The position numbers and the translations under genes were made by a program. Positions 9,811-19,460 of a stretch of DNA of 64,000 bases are shown here, piece by piece. The DNA is from an uncultured Acidobacteriota bacterium. GTDB taxonomy: Bacteria > Acidobacteriota > Polarisedimenticolia > J045. How positions within the stretch are numbered: the first letter of the stretch is position 1; each line of letters begins with the position of its first letter. Location: the NCBI GenBank assembly GCA_963702425.1, contig CAVPCQ010000037.1, positions 96,001 to 160,000 of the forward strand, written 5' to 3'. The notes beneath the pieces were generated by a model, which was given only the letters and a program-made list of their open reading frames with translations, searched no databases and was not told where the DNA came from.

Positions 9811-10932
9811 ATGTCCAAGCGAAAGGTGCGGCGGTACGGAAGCGGCGCGGTGCAGCAACTCCCGTCCGGCTCGTGGCGGGCGCGGTTGCGCGCGGCCGGG
9901 CAGACCGTCGGCCGGACGTTTGCGACCCGCGAAAAGGCCGAAGAGTGGCTTCGGCAGTCGTCGCCGGGGGTCGCGGTCGCGAACGTGTTCGGGCTTCCGG
10001 ACCGGGGCGAGAGGCCAGACTGCACCTTCGCCGAGGCGGCCGAGTTGCTGCCGGCGGCGTGGGCGGCGCGCGGTCGGACGGCGGACAGTATCCGCGGTTA
10101 CCGCTCGCACCTGACGGCGGCGATGAAGGACTGGGGGCCGCGGCGGATCGCCGACACCCGACCGGCAGCAGTTTCACGTCTGGATCGCCGCCGAGCAGAA
10201 TGCCGGCCGGGCCAACCGAACGATCCTGCAACGGCTGGTGCAGTTGTCACAGTGCGATGAAGGCCGCCGTTGACGCCGGCTGGCTTCCCGGCGGTGCCCT
10301 GCGCGGTTCCGCGGCCCCGCGTCGTGGCGAAGTCGGAGCGCACCTGCACCCCGGAGCCGCAGTTCGAGAAGCTGCTCAAGGCCGCCACGAAGACGAAGGA
10401 CCCCCGGCACCTGGCGCTGCTGCTGCTGGCCGCGGACGCCGGGCTGCGCCGCGGAGAAATCGGCCGCGTGCTCGGCCGGCACGTCCGGCTCGGGGGCGAC
10501 GGGATCACGTCGTGGGGCACGATCCACGTCGCGGTGATCTCGGAGACCAGCCGCACCAAGTCGGGGAAGGGGCGGACGGTCCCGATCCTCTCGGCCCGGC
10601 TGGCGGACGCGCTCCGGGCCGTCTTCCCGCCAGCAGACGAGACGGTCCTGCGGCTGACGGCGCACGGCGTCCGGCTGCTGTCCGATGATCTCTGGACGGC
10701 GGCCAAGCTAGGGCCCGGCTCCCGGCTCCACGAGCTGCGGCACCGATGGGTGACCCGGCTGCTGGACGCCGGGGTCCCGGCGGTCACGGTCCAGTCGTGG
10801 GCCGGGCACGCGAGCGTGACCACGACGGAGAAGTATCATCACGGGGCCGCGGAACCGACCGCGGTAGCCGCGGCCGCGGTCGTTTCTGGAAAACGTGACA
10901 CGAAAGGACACGCGGTCAAGCTAAGTCGTTGA
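9811..10932 (+). CDS. int: Tyrosine recombinase/integrase; frameshifts at about 10170-10290
   Basis: N-terminal arm-binding YGSGAVQQLPSGSWRAR; catalytic AGLRRGE, TKSGK, HELRH, WAGH, TEKY all intact. Confidence 0.9.
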
Positions 10933-10933
10933 T

Positions 10934-11009
10934 GGGCCGTTAGCTCAGTCGGTAGAGCAGCGGACTTTTAATCCGCCGGTCGCTGGTTCGAGTCCAGCAC
11001 GGCTCACCA
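10934..11009 (+). tRNA. tRNA-Lys (anticodon UUU)
   Basis: 76-nt cloverleaf: acceptor GGGCCGT/ACGGCTC, D-arm, GCGGA-CTTTTAA-TCCGC anticodon arm, GGTTCGAGTCC T-loop, encoded CCA. Confidence 0.97.
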
Positions 11010-11158
11010 CACCGCGCCGCCGGGCGCCATACAGGGAGCGGTTGCCCCGTTCGTAAGGCCCCCGTCCGACCTCGCGGCCGTTTGTCCAACTTGACAGCGG
11101 ACGCAGGGCCGATTAACTCCTGTGACACCGCGGCCGGCAGGTCCGCACGGAGAGAACC

Positions 11159-11872
11159 ATGTATTTCGATCCGCTCTACTGGGTCGTCATCGGCGTCGGG
11201 ATGGCGTTCAGCCTCTGGGCCCAGTTCCGCGTCAAGTCGACCTTCGCCAAGTACTCCCAGCTCCCGACCCGGGCCGGCCTCAGCGGAGCCGACGTCGCGA
11301 GGAACATCCTGCAGGCGAACGGCATCCACGACGTCACCGTGGAACCGGTCCCGGGCGCGCTCACCGACCACTACGACCCGCGGGCGAAGGTGCTCCGCCT
11401 GTCGGAGCCCGTCTTCGGCGGCCGCAGCATGGCGGCGGCGGGGATCGCCGCGCACGAAGTCGGCCACGCGATCCAGCACGCGACGGGGAACGCCTTCCTC
11501 AAGTTCCGCTCGGCGTGGGTGCCGGTGGCAAACCTCGGCGGCGGGATCTCGATGTTCGTCATCATCGCGGCGCTCTTCTTGGGCGGCACCGCGACCGCCC
11601 TGGGCGGCAAGCTCGCGATCCTCGGCGTCGCGCTGTTCGCCACCACGACGGTCTTCACGCTCGTCACGCTGCCGGTCGAGTTCGACGCCAGCCGGCGCGC
11701 GCTGGCCACGCTGCAGCAGGGCGGCATGATGTCCGGCGAGGAGCTGGGGGGGGCGAAGAAGGTGCTCGACGCGGCGGCCATGACCTACATCGCGGCGGCC
11801 GCGACGTCGCTCGTCACGCTGCTCTACTACGCCTTCCAGCTCGGTCTTTTCGGCGGGCGACGGAGCGACTAG
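11159..11872 (+). CDS. Zinc metallopeptidase, YugP-like membrane protein
   Basis: LTDHYDP, AAHEVGHAIQ, TLPVEFDAS motifs. Confidence 0.92.
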   Translation: MYFDPLYWVVIGVGMAFSLWAQFRVKSTFAKYSQLPTRAGLSGADVARNILQANGIHDVTVEPVPGALTDHYDPRAKVLRLSEPVFGGRSMAAAGIAAHEVGHAIQHATGNAFLKFRSAWVPVANLGGGISMFVIIAALFLGGTATALGGKLAILGVALFATTTVFTLVTLPVEFDASRRALATLQQGGMMSGEELGGAKKVLDAAAMTYIAAAATSLVTLLYYAFQLGLFGGRRSD

Positions 11873-12068
11873 CTCGGCAGCGAATCCCGCTGCCCGTCGA
11901 CACCGCGAGACCGTCGCTCAACGCGGCGGCCCGGCGTAGCCGCTCGCCGCCACACGCGGACGGGGCGGTGTCGCGTCCCAGCGGTCGTCGCCACCGACCG
12001 CCACGCGACACCCGTCGACGCCCGGGCCGCCCGCCCCGTATGATCCGCGCGCTTCCGCGGAGGAACGC

Positions 12069-13166
12069 ATGGCCCCGACAGAGACCGACCTCGGCCGCTT
12101 CCGGCGCTGGACGATGCTGCTCTACGTCGTCGGCATCACCGCTCTCTTCGTGGCGATGATCCGCGGCTACCTCGTGGCGCTGATCATGGCGGCGGTGCTG
12201 GCGGCGGTCTCGATGCCGGTTTTCCGGCGCCTTTCGCGCTGGTTCGGCGGCCGGCAGTCCCTCGCGGCGGCGCTCACCGTGGTGGTCATGCTGCTGGTCG
12301 TCGTGATCCCGCTGCTCGTGCTGCTGGGGATGATCGTGGCGCAGGGAGCGGAGGTGGCGGCCGACGTCACCCCCTGGATCCAGCGCCTCATCGACGACCC
12401 GGGGCCGACCGAGCAGGAGTTGATCCGCACCCTCGGGCTCCCCGATCGCTGGGGCCCGCAGATCCACCAGGGACTGACCAAGATCGGCCAGGTTTCGGAC
12501 CAGATCGGGAAGTTCGCGTTCGACGCGCTCTCGGGCGCGGCGGCGGGCGCGGCCGGCTTCCTGTTGCAGGTGTTCGTGGCGCTCTACGCCATGTTCTTCT
12601 TCCTGCTCGGCGGCCGGGCGCTGATCGAGCAGTTCATGCACTACCTGCCGGTCCCGCCGGAGGCGAAGAACCAGCTGATCGACCGCTTCGCGCTCGCGGC
12701 GCACGCGGTGATCAAAGGGACCTTCCTGATCGGGCTGATCCAGGGCGCACTCGGCGGCCTCGCGATCTGGGCCGCGGGGGTCCCCGGCGCCGTGTTCTGG
12801 GGCGCGGTGATGGCCGTGCTCTCGGTCCTTCCCGGCGTCGGGGCGACGCTCGTCTGGATCCCGGTCGCGATCTACCTGTTCGCCACCGGCCCACTCCTGC
12901 CCGGCGTGCTCTACGTTCTTTGGAACGCGGGCGTCGTCGGCAGCATCGACAACGTCCTGCGCCCGCGGCTGGTCGGGAAGGACATCCAGCTGCCCGACCT
13001 GATGATCCTGCTCGGTACGCTCGGCGGTCTGAAGGTCTTCGGCGCCGCGGGGCTGATCGTCGGCCCGATCGTCGCCGCGCTCTTCGTGACGATCTGGGAG
13101 ATCTACGGCACCGCCTTCGCGGACTACCTCGCGCCAGGGCCGCCGGATGCGGCGCCGCCCGCCTGA
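12069..13166 (+). CDS. AI-2E family transporter
   Basis: Multi-TM; IDNVLRPRLVG and FG..GLIVGP motifs. Confidence 0.9.
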   Translation: MAPTETDLGRFRRWTMLLYVVGITALFVAMIRGYLVALIMAAVLAAVSMPVFRRLSRWFGGRQSLAAALTVVVMLLVVVIPLLVLLGMIVAQGAEVAADVTPWIQRLIDDPGPTEQELIRTLGLPDRWGPQIHQGLTKIGQVSDQIGKFAFDALSGAAAGAAGFLLQVFVALYAMFFFLLGGRALIEQFMHYLPVPPEAKNQLIDRFALAAHAVIKGTFLIGLIQGALGGLAIWAAGVPGAVFWGAVMAVLSVLPGVGATLVWIPVAIYLFATGPLLPGVLYVLWNAGVVGSIDNVLRPRLVGKDIQLPDLMILLGTLGGLKVFGAAGLIVGPIVAALFVTIWEIYGTAFADYLAPGPPDAAPPA

Positions 13167-13182
13167 TAGAATCCCGCGCACC

Positions 13183-13767
13183 ATGACCGACGACGGCAAG
13201 ACGCGCTGCGGCTGGGGCCTCGGGGACCCGCTCTACGTCGCCTACCACGACCGCGAGTGGGGGGTCCCGGTCCACGACGACCGGCTGATCTTCGAGTTCC
13301 TCGTGCTCGAGGGGGCGCAGGCCGGCCTCTCCTGGCTGACGATCCTGAAGAAGCGCGACGCCTACCGCCGCGCCTTCGCCGGCTTCCACCCCGAGAAGGT
13401 CGCGCGCTTCGACGCCCGGCAGAAAGCGGCGCTGCTCGGCAACGCGGGGATCGTGCGCAACCGGATGAAGATCGAGTCCGCGGTCGGGAATGCCCGCGTG
13501 TTCCTCAAGGTCCAGGAGGAGTTCGGCTCGTTCGACGCCTACGCCTGGCGCTTCGTCGGCGGCAAGCCGATCCAGAACGCCTGGCGCACGCTGTCCGAGA
13601 TGCCGGCCGAGACCGCCGAGTCGAAGGCGATGAGCAAGGACCTGAAGCAGCGCGGCTTCCGCTTCGTCGGGCCGACGATCGTCCATTCCCACATGCAGGC
13701 GACGGGGATGGTCAACGATCACCTCGTCGGCTGCTTCCGGCACCGCCAGGTCGCGCGGCTGCGGTAG
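13183..13767 (+). CDS. tag: DNA-3-methyladenine glycosylase I
   Basis: RCGW, YHDREWG, LEGAQAGLSW, FVGPT, MQATGMVNDH..C. Confidence 0.95.
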   Translation: MTDDGKTRCGWGLGDPLYVAYHDREWGVPVHDDRLIFEFLVLEGAQAGLSWLTILKKRDAYRRAFAGFHPEKVARFDARQKAALLGNAGIVRNRMKIESAVGNARVFLKVQEEFGSFDAYAWRFVGGKPIQNAWRTLSEMPAETAESKAMSKDLKQRGFRFVGPTIVHSHMQATGMVNDHLVGCFRHRQVARLR

Positions 13768-13794
13768 GGAAGGGGAGCGGGCCCTGCGGCCCGC

Positions 13795-14139
13795 TCAGGC
13801 CGGCGGCTCCCCGTGGCGGTAGATCAGCACCTGCACCCGCTCGAGCGTCACCAGCCCCTCGCTCACCATCGCGTCGAGCCGCGGCAGGAAGGCCGCGATC
13901 CGCTCCTCGCTGTCGACGATCTCGACCACGATCGGCAGATCCTCGGACAGCCGCAGGATCCGCGCGGTGTGGATCCGGCTGTGCGCGCCGAACCCCTCGA
14001 GACCGCGCAGCACGGTCGCGCCGGCGAGGCCCGCCTCGCGCGCCGCGAGCACGATCGCCTCGTAGAGCGGCTTGCCGGCCGAGCGGTCGCTCTCGCCGAT
14101 GAAGATCCGGAGCAGCTGGGCCTGGCCTTCGAGCTTCAT
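13795..14139 (-). CDS. DUF190 protein
   Basis: LRIFIGESD, GATVLRG.EGFG, LSEDLPIVVEIVD; coupled to crcB. Confidence 0.92.
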   Translation of the reverse strand: MKLEGQAQLLRIFIGESDRSAGKPLYEAIVLAAREAGLAGATVLRGLEGFGAHSRIHTARILRLSEDLPIVVEIVDSEERIAAFLPRLDAMVSEGLVTLERVQVLIYRHGEPPA

Positions 14140-14149
14140 GGGGACCTCC

Positions 14150-14530
14150 TCAGGAGAACGCGAGCCGCGCCGCGGCGTCGCCGAGCCAGACCGCCACGAG
14201 GCCGCCGAGCACGCTGGCGGCCGCGTTTCCGAGCGCCGGCCCGAGGCTGCCGTTGCGGACCAGCTCGAGCGTCTCGTAGCCGAAGGCGGAGAAGGTGGTG
14301 AAGCCGCCCAGGAAGCCGACGATGAGAACCGTGCGCGCCTCCGGCGACAGCAGCTGGCGGTCGCGCACGAGGGCCATCACCGCGCCGATCAGGAAGCAGC
14401 CGACGAGGTTGACCGCCAGCGTGCCGAACGGGAAGGTCTCGCGCGCCAGGCGCTGGACCCAGCCCGAGAGGCCGTAGCGGGCGAGCGTGCCGGCGGCGCC
14501 GGCGGCAGCGAGGGCGAGGAGCTTCAGCAT
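14150..14530 (-). CDS. crcB: Fluoride efflux channel Fluc/CrcB
   Basis: GTLARY, FPFGTLAVNLVGC, GFLGGFTTFSAF. Confidence 0.95.
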   Translation of the reverse strand: MLKLLALAAAGAAGTLARYGLSGWVQRLARETFPFGTLAVNLVGCFLIGAVMALVRDRQLLSPEARTVLIVGFLGGFTTFSAFGYETLELVRNGSLGPALGNAAASVLGGLVAVWLGDAAARLAFS

Positions 14531-14643
14531 CGAGCCTCCAGGCGCGATTCTCGCGGCCAGCGGGCCCGCGTGTCCAACGCGATTCCCCTTCCGGGCGCGC
14601 GCGGGGTGGATCGCGGCGGCCGCGGCGGGCAACATGGCACGGC

Positions 14644-15651
14644 ATGGGCACGGCAGCGACGCAGCACGGCAGGAGCGGTTCCGGCGGGGGTGCGACGATC
14701 ACGCCCCGCCTGCGGCCGGCCGCGGTCGTCATCCGCCCCGAAGCGACGGTTGCCGACGCCTTGGCCCTGCTGCGCGCTGCGGGGGAGGCCGAGCCGATCC
14801 TCTACGCCTACGCGGTCGAGGCCAATGGCCGGCTGGCTGGCGTCGTACCGGTGCGGCGCCTCGCGGTGGCCAGCCCCGGCGAGCGGCTCGAGCCGCTGCT
14901 GGTGCGTCACCCGGTGACGGTCGCGGAGGACGCGCCGCTGGACGAGGCCCTGGCGCTGTTCCAGAAGCACCGCTTCCTGGCGCTGCCCGCGGTCGACCGG
15001 GCCGGGCGGCTGGTCGGTGTGCTCGGTCTCGACGCGGTCTCGCAGGAGTTCGAGGAACTGGTCCGGCGCCAGGCCTTCGACGACGCGTTCCAGCTCGTCG
15101 GCGTGCACGTCGCGCTCGGCCGGCAGGCCGGTGCCTGGGCCTCGTTCCGGGACCGCTTTCCCTGGCTGCTCTTCAATATCGGCGGCGGACTGGCCTGCGC
15201 CCTGCTGGCCGGGCTCTTCACACCGTTGTTCGAGCGGGTCGTGGTGCTGGCGCTGTTCGTGCCGGTCGTGCTGGCGGTCTCCGAGAGCGTCGGGATGCAG
15301 TCCCTGGGGCTGACGCTCGAGACGCTGCACGGAACGGCCGGCGCGCGTCCCGGATTCGCGCGCGCGCTGGCCCGCGAGCTGGCGGTGGCGCTGCTGCTCG
15401 GTGCGGGGACCGGGGCGCTGGTCGGGGCGATCGCCGCGCTCTGGCACGGCCTGCCAGCGCTCTTCCCGGTGCTCGGGATCGCGATCGCGGCCGCCGTCGT
15501 GACCGCCAGCCTGCTCGGTGTCGCCCTGCCTTTCACGCTGCGGGCGCTGTCCCAGGACCCGCGGATCGCCGCCGGGCCGGTCGTGCTCGCGGCGGCCGAC
15601 CTGGTCGCGCTGACGCTCTACCTGGTGTTGGCGGCCCGGCTGCTCGGCTGA
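14644..15651 (+). CDS. MgtE-like magnesium transporter (CBS pair plus TM domain, short N-terminus)
   Basis: CBS repeats, RFPWL, DPRIAAGPVV motifs. Confidence 0.8.
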   Translation: MGTAATQHGRSGSGGGATITPRLRPAAVVIRPEATVADALALLRAAGEAEPILYAYAVEANGRLAGVVPVRRLAVASPGERLEPLLVRHPVTVAEDAPLDEALALFQKHRFLALPAVDRAGRLVGVLGLDAVSQEFEELVRRQAFDDAFQLVGVHVALGRQAGAWASFRDRFPWLLFNIGGGLACALLAGLFTPLFERVVVLALFVPVVLAVSESVGMQSLGLTLETLHGTAGARPGFARALARELAVALLLGAGTGALVGAIAALWHGLPALFPVLGIAIAAAVVTASLLGVALPFTLRALSQDPRIAAGPVVLAAADLVALTLYLVLAARLLG

Positions 15652-15667
15652 CCGTGCGCGCTGCGCC

Positions 15668-17407
15668 TCACGGGCAGGCCGCGGGGGAGGCGGCGATCCC
15701 GGCGTCGCGTGGCGCGGCCAGCCCGTCCGCATCGTCGTCGTAGCTGCCGGGATCGCCCGGCGGCCCGTTCGGCCGCACCAGCAGGTACGAGCCGCTGCCG
15801 GGGGCCGGGACGAAGGGGTCGTCGGCCGCGGTGTCCGGTCGGTCGTTCGCGAGGCAGAGCGCCAGCGACGACGCGAAGCTTCCGCCGGCGGCACGCAACG
15901 CGGCCAGGTCGCCGCGCACGGCGTCGTACGAGAGGGCGTCGGGCCGCGGCGACCAGGCCAGCGTCCGCCGGTCCGGACTCACGGAGAGGCCCGCGACGCG
16001 GAAGGCGAACTCGTACGCACCGATGTCGAGCACGGCGTCCTTCCGCCGCGGATCCGACGCCCGGTGCCGACGGTAGACGCGCGTGGGCTCGTGGGCCGGC
16101 AGCTCGGCCGGGTCGAGCGCGCGCCCGGCGTCGCGGCAGGCCGAATCGCGCCGCGGCCGGAAGTCCTCGCCGGCCTCGTCGAGGAAACCGGGCGTCGTCC
16201 CGGTCACCGTCGTCCCGTCGTCGTGCAGCACCGCTTCCGGCGCGCCGTCGAACGACAGCCGCCAGCCGGGCTTCGTCCAGTTGTGCGACCAGTCGAGCAC
16301 CCCCGAGAAGTCGAGCAGTGAGAGCGTGGTCCCGGCCGCGACCGCGGTGGTGACGACGTTGTTGCGCGCGTCGGCCCGTTCGTCGTTGGTCGACAGCCGG
16401 AACAGCGTCGTCCGGTCGGTGCGGCGCGAGACGACCGTGTTGTTGTGGAAGTAGAGCGTCCCCTTGCGGTAACCGGCGGTGTTGCCGGAATCGCCGCCGT
16501 AGTGCGCGATCTGGCGGTTCCCCGCGCCGGCGGGCTCGATCAGCACGTTGCCGTAGACGTGCGTCGCGCGGTAGGCCGGGTCGCTCTCGATCACCGAGCT
16601 GTCCTCGGCGTCGACGAGGTCGAGCTGGCGGTTCCCGCCCTCGATCCAGTTGGCGCGCACGACCAGGCCGGCCGAGCGGTCCTTGAGGCCGTTCCCGGAC
16701 GCCCCCGGCGTCGGCGGGCCATAGCGGTTGAACTGGAAGGTGATCCCGATCGCGGCGGTGTAGCTGTTGTGCTCGTACGCGCTGCCGGCGTTGCCGTTGT
16801 CGTGGATGAAGTTCCCTTCGATCAGGATGTCGCGCGACACCGTCGTCCCTGACGAGGCCACGAACAGCCCGTTGCCGCCGTCGTGCAGCTCGCAGTTGCG
16901 GATCACCAGGTGCTCGGCCTTCTCGACGTAGATCGGCGCCGCGTTGGCGGCGTAGCTCGAGGCCGCACCGGCGTCGTTGCTGAAGGCGTAGGGGGGCCGC
17001 GCACCGCGCACGTCGAGGTTCTCGATGACGATGTAGCGCGGCATCGTGTCGGCGGGGATACTCGCGCCGCCGACCTTGATCACGCCGCGCTCCTCGTTCC
17101 AGTAGTCGAGGGCGAGCCGCGTCACGGCGCCGTTGCCGTCGATCACCGGGAGCTGCCCTGCAGGGCCGGGCACGCCGCGCACGGTGATCGGAGCGGTCGC
17201 GGTCCCCTGCCGGCAGATCACCCACTTCTCCTTGTAGGGCGCCTCGCGCCAGTGGATCAGGACGAGGTCGCCGGGCTGCAGCGCTTCCCAGGGGACGGCG
17301 CCGATCGAAGCGAAGGCGCGGCCGGGACCGACCTCGAAGGTCGCGGCGGCTGCGGGGAAGAGCGCGAGCGCGGCCAGGCCCGCGGCGAGGAGCAGGAAAC
17401 GCGACAC
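15668..17407 (-). CDS. Secreted right-handed beta-helix protein (polysaccharide-lyase-like) with C-terminal Cys domain
   Basis: Signal peptide from GTG 17407; LQPGDLVLIH, beta-helix repeats, DIGAYE; C-terminal domain ends AACP. Confidence 0.75.
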   Translation of the reverse strand: MSRFLLLAAGLAALALFPAAAATFEVGPGRAFASIGAVPWEALQPGDLVLIHWREAPYKEKWVICRQGTATAPITVRGVPGPAGQLPVIDGNGAVTRLALDYWNEERGVIKVGGASIPADTMPRYIVIENLDVRGARPPYAFSNDAGAASSYAANAAPIYVEKAEHLVIRNCELHDGGNGLFVASSGTTVSRDILIEGNFIHDNGNAGSAYEHNSYTAAIGITFQFNRYGPPTPGASGNGLKDRSAGLVVRANWIEGGNRQLDLVDAEDSSVIESDPAYRATHVYGNVLIEPAGAGNRQIAHYGGDSGNTAGYRKGTLYFHNNTVVSRRTDRTTLFRLSTNDERADARNNVVTTAVAAGTTLSLLDFSGVLDWSHNWTKPGWRLSFDGAPEAVLHDDGTTVTGTTPGFLDEAGEDFRPRRDSACRDAGRALDPAELPAHEPTRVYRRHRASDPRRKDAVLDIGAYEFAFRVAGLSVSPDRRTLAWSPRPDALSYDAVRGDLAALRAAGGSFASSLALCLANDRPDTAADDPFVPAPGSGSYLLVRPNGPPGDPGSYDDDADGLAAPRDAGIAASPAACP

Positions 17408-17574
17408 GGCAGACTCCGGGCTCCCCACCTGAGAAGGTGGGTCCGGCGCGGCCGCCTCGCCAGCCCGGGTTACCATGCGGGAAGGAGGTCCGATGGCAGG
17501 CTCGCGGCGCGCAGGCATCGACGGGACGGTCGACGCCAAGCCGCAGTCCGAGGAGTTCCGCTGGAGTCACCCCG

Positions 17575-18111
17575 GTGGCTAGGCGCGAGCCGCCGTCTGG
17601 TCCGGACGACGCGGACGCCTGGGCGCGGGCGATGGAAGGGGTGAAGCCGGTGGCACCGGTCGCCCCGCGGGTTGTTCCCGCGCGCCGTCCTCCGCGCGTT
17701 CCGCCGGCGGACCCCGATGTCGATGAGCCTGCCGCGACGGGAGGGCCATTCGAGGTTCTCGTCGAGGACGAGCGGGTCACGGGCCGCGCGTCCGACGCTC
17801 CCCGCGCGCTGCTGAAGGCGCTCGGCCGCGGCGAGCCGCCGCCCGAGGCGCGGCTCGACCTCCACGGCTTCACGCGCGACACGGCGCTCCGCGAGGTGAG
17901 CGGCTTCGTCACCCGCTCGCGAGTCGCGGGACTGCGCTCGGTGCTGATCATCACCGGGCGTGGCGAGGTGCTGCGAGCGGCGGTCGCGGAGTGGCTGGCG
18001 CGGTCCCCCTGCGCGGTGCACCTGCTCGCCTTCTCCAGCGCGCCGCCGCGCCTCGGGGGGCCGGGAGCGGTCGCGGTCCTGCTGAGGCGGAGCGGACGCA
18101 AGGGGACGTAG
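17575..18111 (+). CDS. Smr domain protein
   Basis: LDLHG, VLIITGRG, GGPGAVAVLL; start uncertain. Confidence 0.85.
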   Translation: MARREPPSGPDDADAWARAMEGVKPVAPVAPRVVPARRPPRVPPADPDVDEPAATGGPFEVLVEDERVTGRASDAPRALLKALGRGEPPPEARLDLHGFTRDTALREVSGFVTRSRVAGLRSVLIITGRGEVLRAAVAEWLARSPCAVHLLAFSSAPPRLGGPGAVAVLLRRSGRKGT

Positions 18112-18196
18112 CCCGCCGGGCCGGAGCCGCTGCCTCGCGGGGGTCGTAGCGATCGCGCCCCCGCGGCAACCAACCGGTCGAAAGGGGCAGGACGGC

Positions 18197-18736
18197 ATGC
18201 GCCAGGATCCGGAGCGGCAGGCCCGATTCGTCGACCTGGTCCACGCCCACCAGGGAGCGATCCGCAAGGTGGCCGCGCTCTACGCTCGCGATCCCGCCGA
18301 TCGCGAGGACCTGTTCCAGGAGATCGTGCTCCAGCTCTGGCGCTCGTTCGACGCGTTCCGCGGCGACGCGGCCTTCTCGACCTTCCTCTACCGCGTCGCC
18401 CTCAATACGGCCCTGATGCGGCTTCGCCGCTCGTACCGCCGGCCCGAGATCGAGCCCGGCCGCACGCTTGACGACGTTGCCGCCCCGGTCCCGGCGCCGG
18501 AGCGCAGCGACGAGGAGGTCGAACGGCTCTACGCCGCGATCCGCCAGCTCGGCCCGCTCGATCGAGCGATCGTGCTGCTCGTGCTCGAGGAGCGCAGCTA
18601 CGAGGAGATCGCCGCCGTGACGGGCCTCACCCGGGGGAACGTCAGCGTGCGGATCGTCCGGATCAAGGAGCGCCTGCGCCGCCTGATGGGCGTCGCCGAG
18701 GACGGAAAGGACGCGAAGTCATGTTCGACGAGATGA
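18197..18736 (+). CDS. ECF RNA polymerase sigma factor
   Basis: DLFQEI..QLWRS, FSTFLYRVALNT, SYEEIA. Confidence 0.92.
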   Translation: MRQDPERQARFVDLVHAHQGAIRKVAALYARDPADREDLFQEIVLQLWRSFDAFRGDAAFSTFLYRVALNTALMRLRRSYRRPEIEPGRTLDDVAAPVPAPERSDEEVERLYAAIRQLGPLDRAIVLLVLEERSYEEIAAVTGLTRGNVSVRIVRIKERLRRLMGVAEDGKDAKSCSTR

Positions 18737-19428
18737 TCAAGGGGGCCTGGAGCCGGGCCGGGGCGGGCGCGCCGCCGCTCTCGCGCGCTGCGATCGAGCA
18801 GCTGCTGCGCCCGGCCGCGCGCCGGAGCGGCCGCGCGCTCGAGTTCCTCGCCGTGAGCTACGTCGTGATGCTCGCCGTGGCCGCGCTCCTGGCGACGGCG
18901 AGCCTCTACGGCTACCGCGGCAACCCGACGATGCTGGCGGTGGAGGGCGGAGTGCTCGTCGTCTCGGCCGCCTTCGCCGCGTTCGGCGTGCGGATCTACT
19001 CGGAACTGCGCCGGATCGGGCGGGCCGACCTGGCGCTGGCCGAGGCGGTCGAGCGCCGGCTGGTGTTCATCAAGCAGCGGTTTGACCCGTGGCTGGCGAT
19101 GGCCGCGGCGACCCCCTGGCTGCTCAGCTTCGCGATCAACACGCTGGTCGACAACGAGGGCGGGACTTACCGCATCAACCACCCAGTCGAGTTCGGCCTC
19201 GTCACGGCGGCGATGCTGATCGGGACGTACGTGGTACTGAGGCTCTCGCTGGTCCCGATCGTGGTCGAGATGCGCGCGGTGCTGCACGACCTGCGCGCCC
19301 AGGTCATCGAAGAGCTGCCGCGGGCCGAGGCGACCCGCCGGCGCTCGCGCGCCTGGAACGCGGTCGGGGTCGTGGCCCTGGCGCTCGCCGTCCTGTTCTC
19401 GCTCTGGCTCTGGCTCAGGGCAGTATGA
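18721..19428 (+). CDS. Membrane protein, possible anti-sigma factor
   Basis: Overlaps ECF sigma stop; about five TM segments. Confidence 0.65.
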   Translation: MFDEMIKGAWSRAGAGAPPLSRAAIEQLLRPAARRSGRALEFLAVSYVVMLAVAALLATASLYGYRGNPTMLAVEGGVLVVSAAFAAFGVRIYSELRRIGRADLALAEAVERRLVFIKQRFDPWLAMAAATPWLLSFAINTLVDNEGGTYRINHPVEFGLVTAAMLIGTYVVLRLSLVPIVVEMRAVLHDLRAQVIEELPRAEATRRRSRAWNAVGVVALALAVLFSLWLWLRAV

Positions 19429-19460
19429 GGCCGGGAGCGACTCGTCTATACTCCCCGCCC

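Larger units (their letters stand above)
1..10932. mobile_element. Integrated phage satellite (PICI-like) or reduced prophage, right part; left end outside window; heavily mutated
   Basis: Tyrosine integrase abutting tRNA-Lys; excisionase-like HTH, AAA_25 ATPase, iterons, TerS-like and HK97 capsid-like genes; lower-GC cargo at about 6600-9650; composition differs from the flank. Confidence 0.85.

Noticed and set aside
13183-13767. tag glycosylase as the cause of the hypermutation
   Set aside because: Ordinary housekeeping 3-methyladenine glycosylase outside the element; its substrate does not match a G/C-directed signature. Only proximity links them.
14531-14643. Fluoride riboswitch upstream of crcB
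   Set aside because: No GGCGATG...-type consensus core is recognisable on the minus strand.
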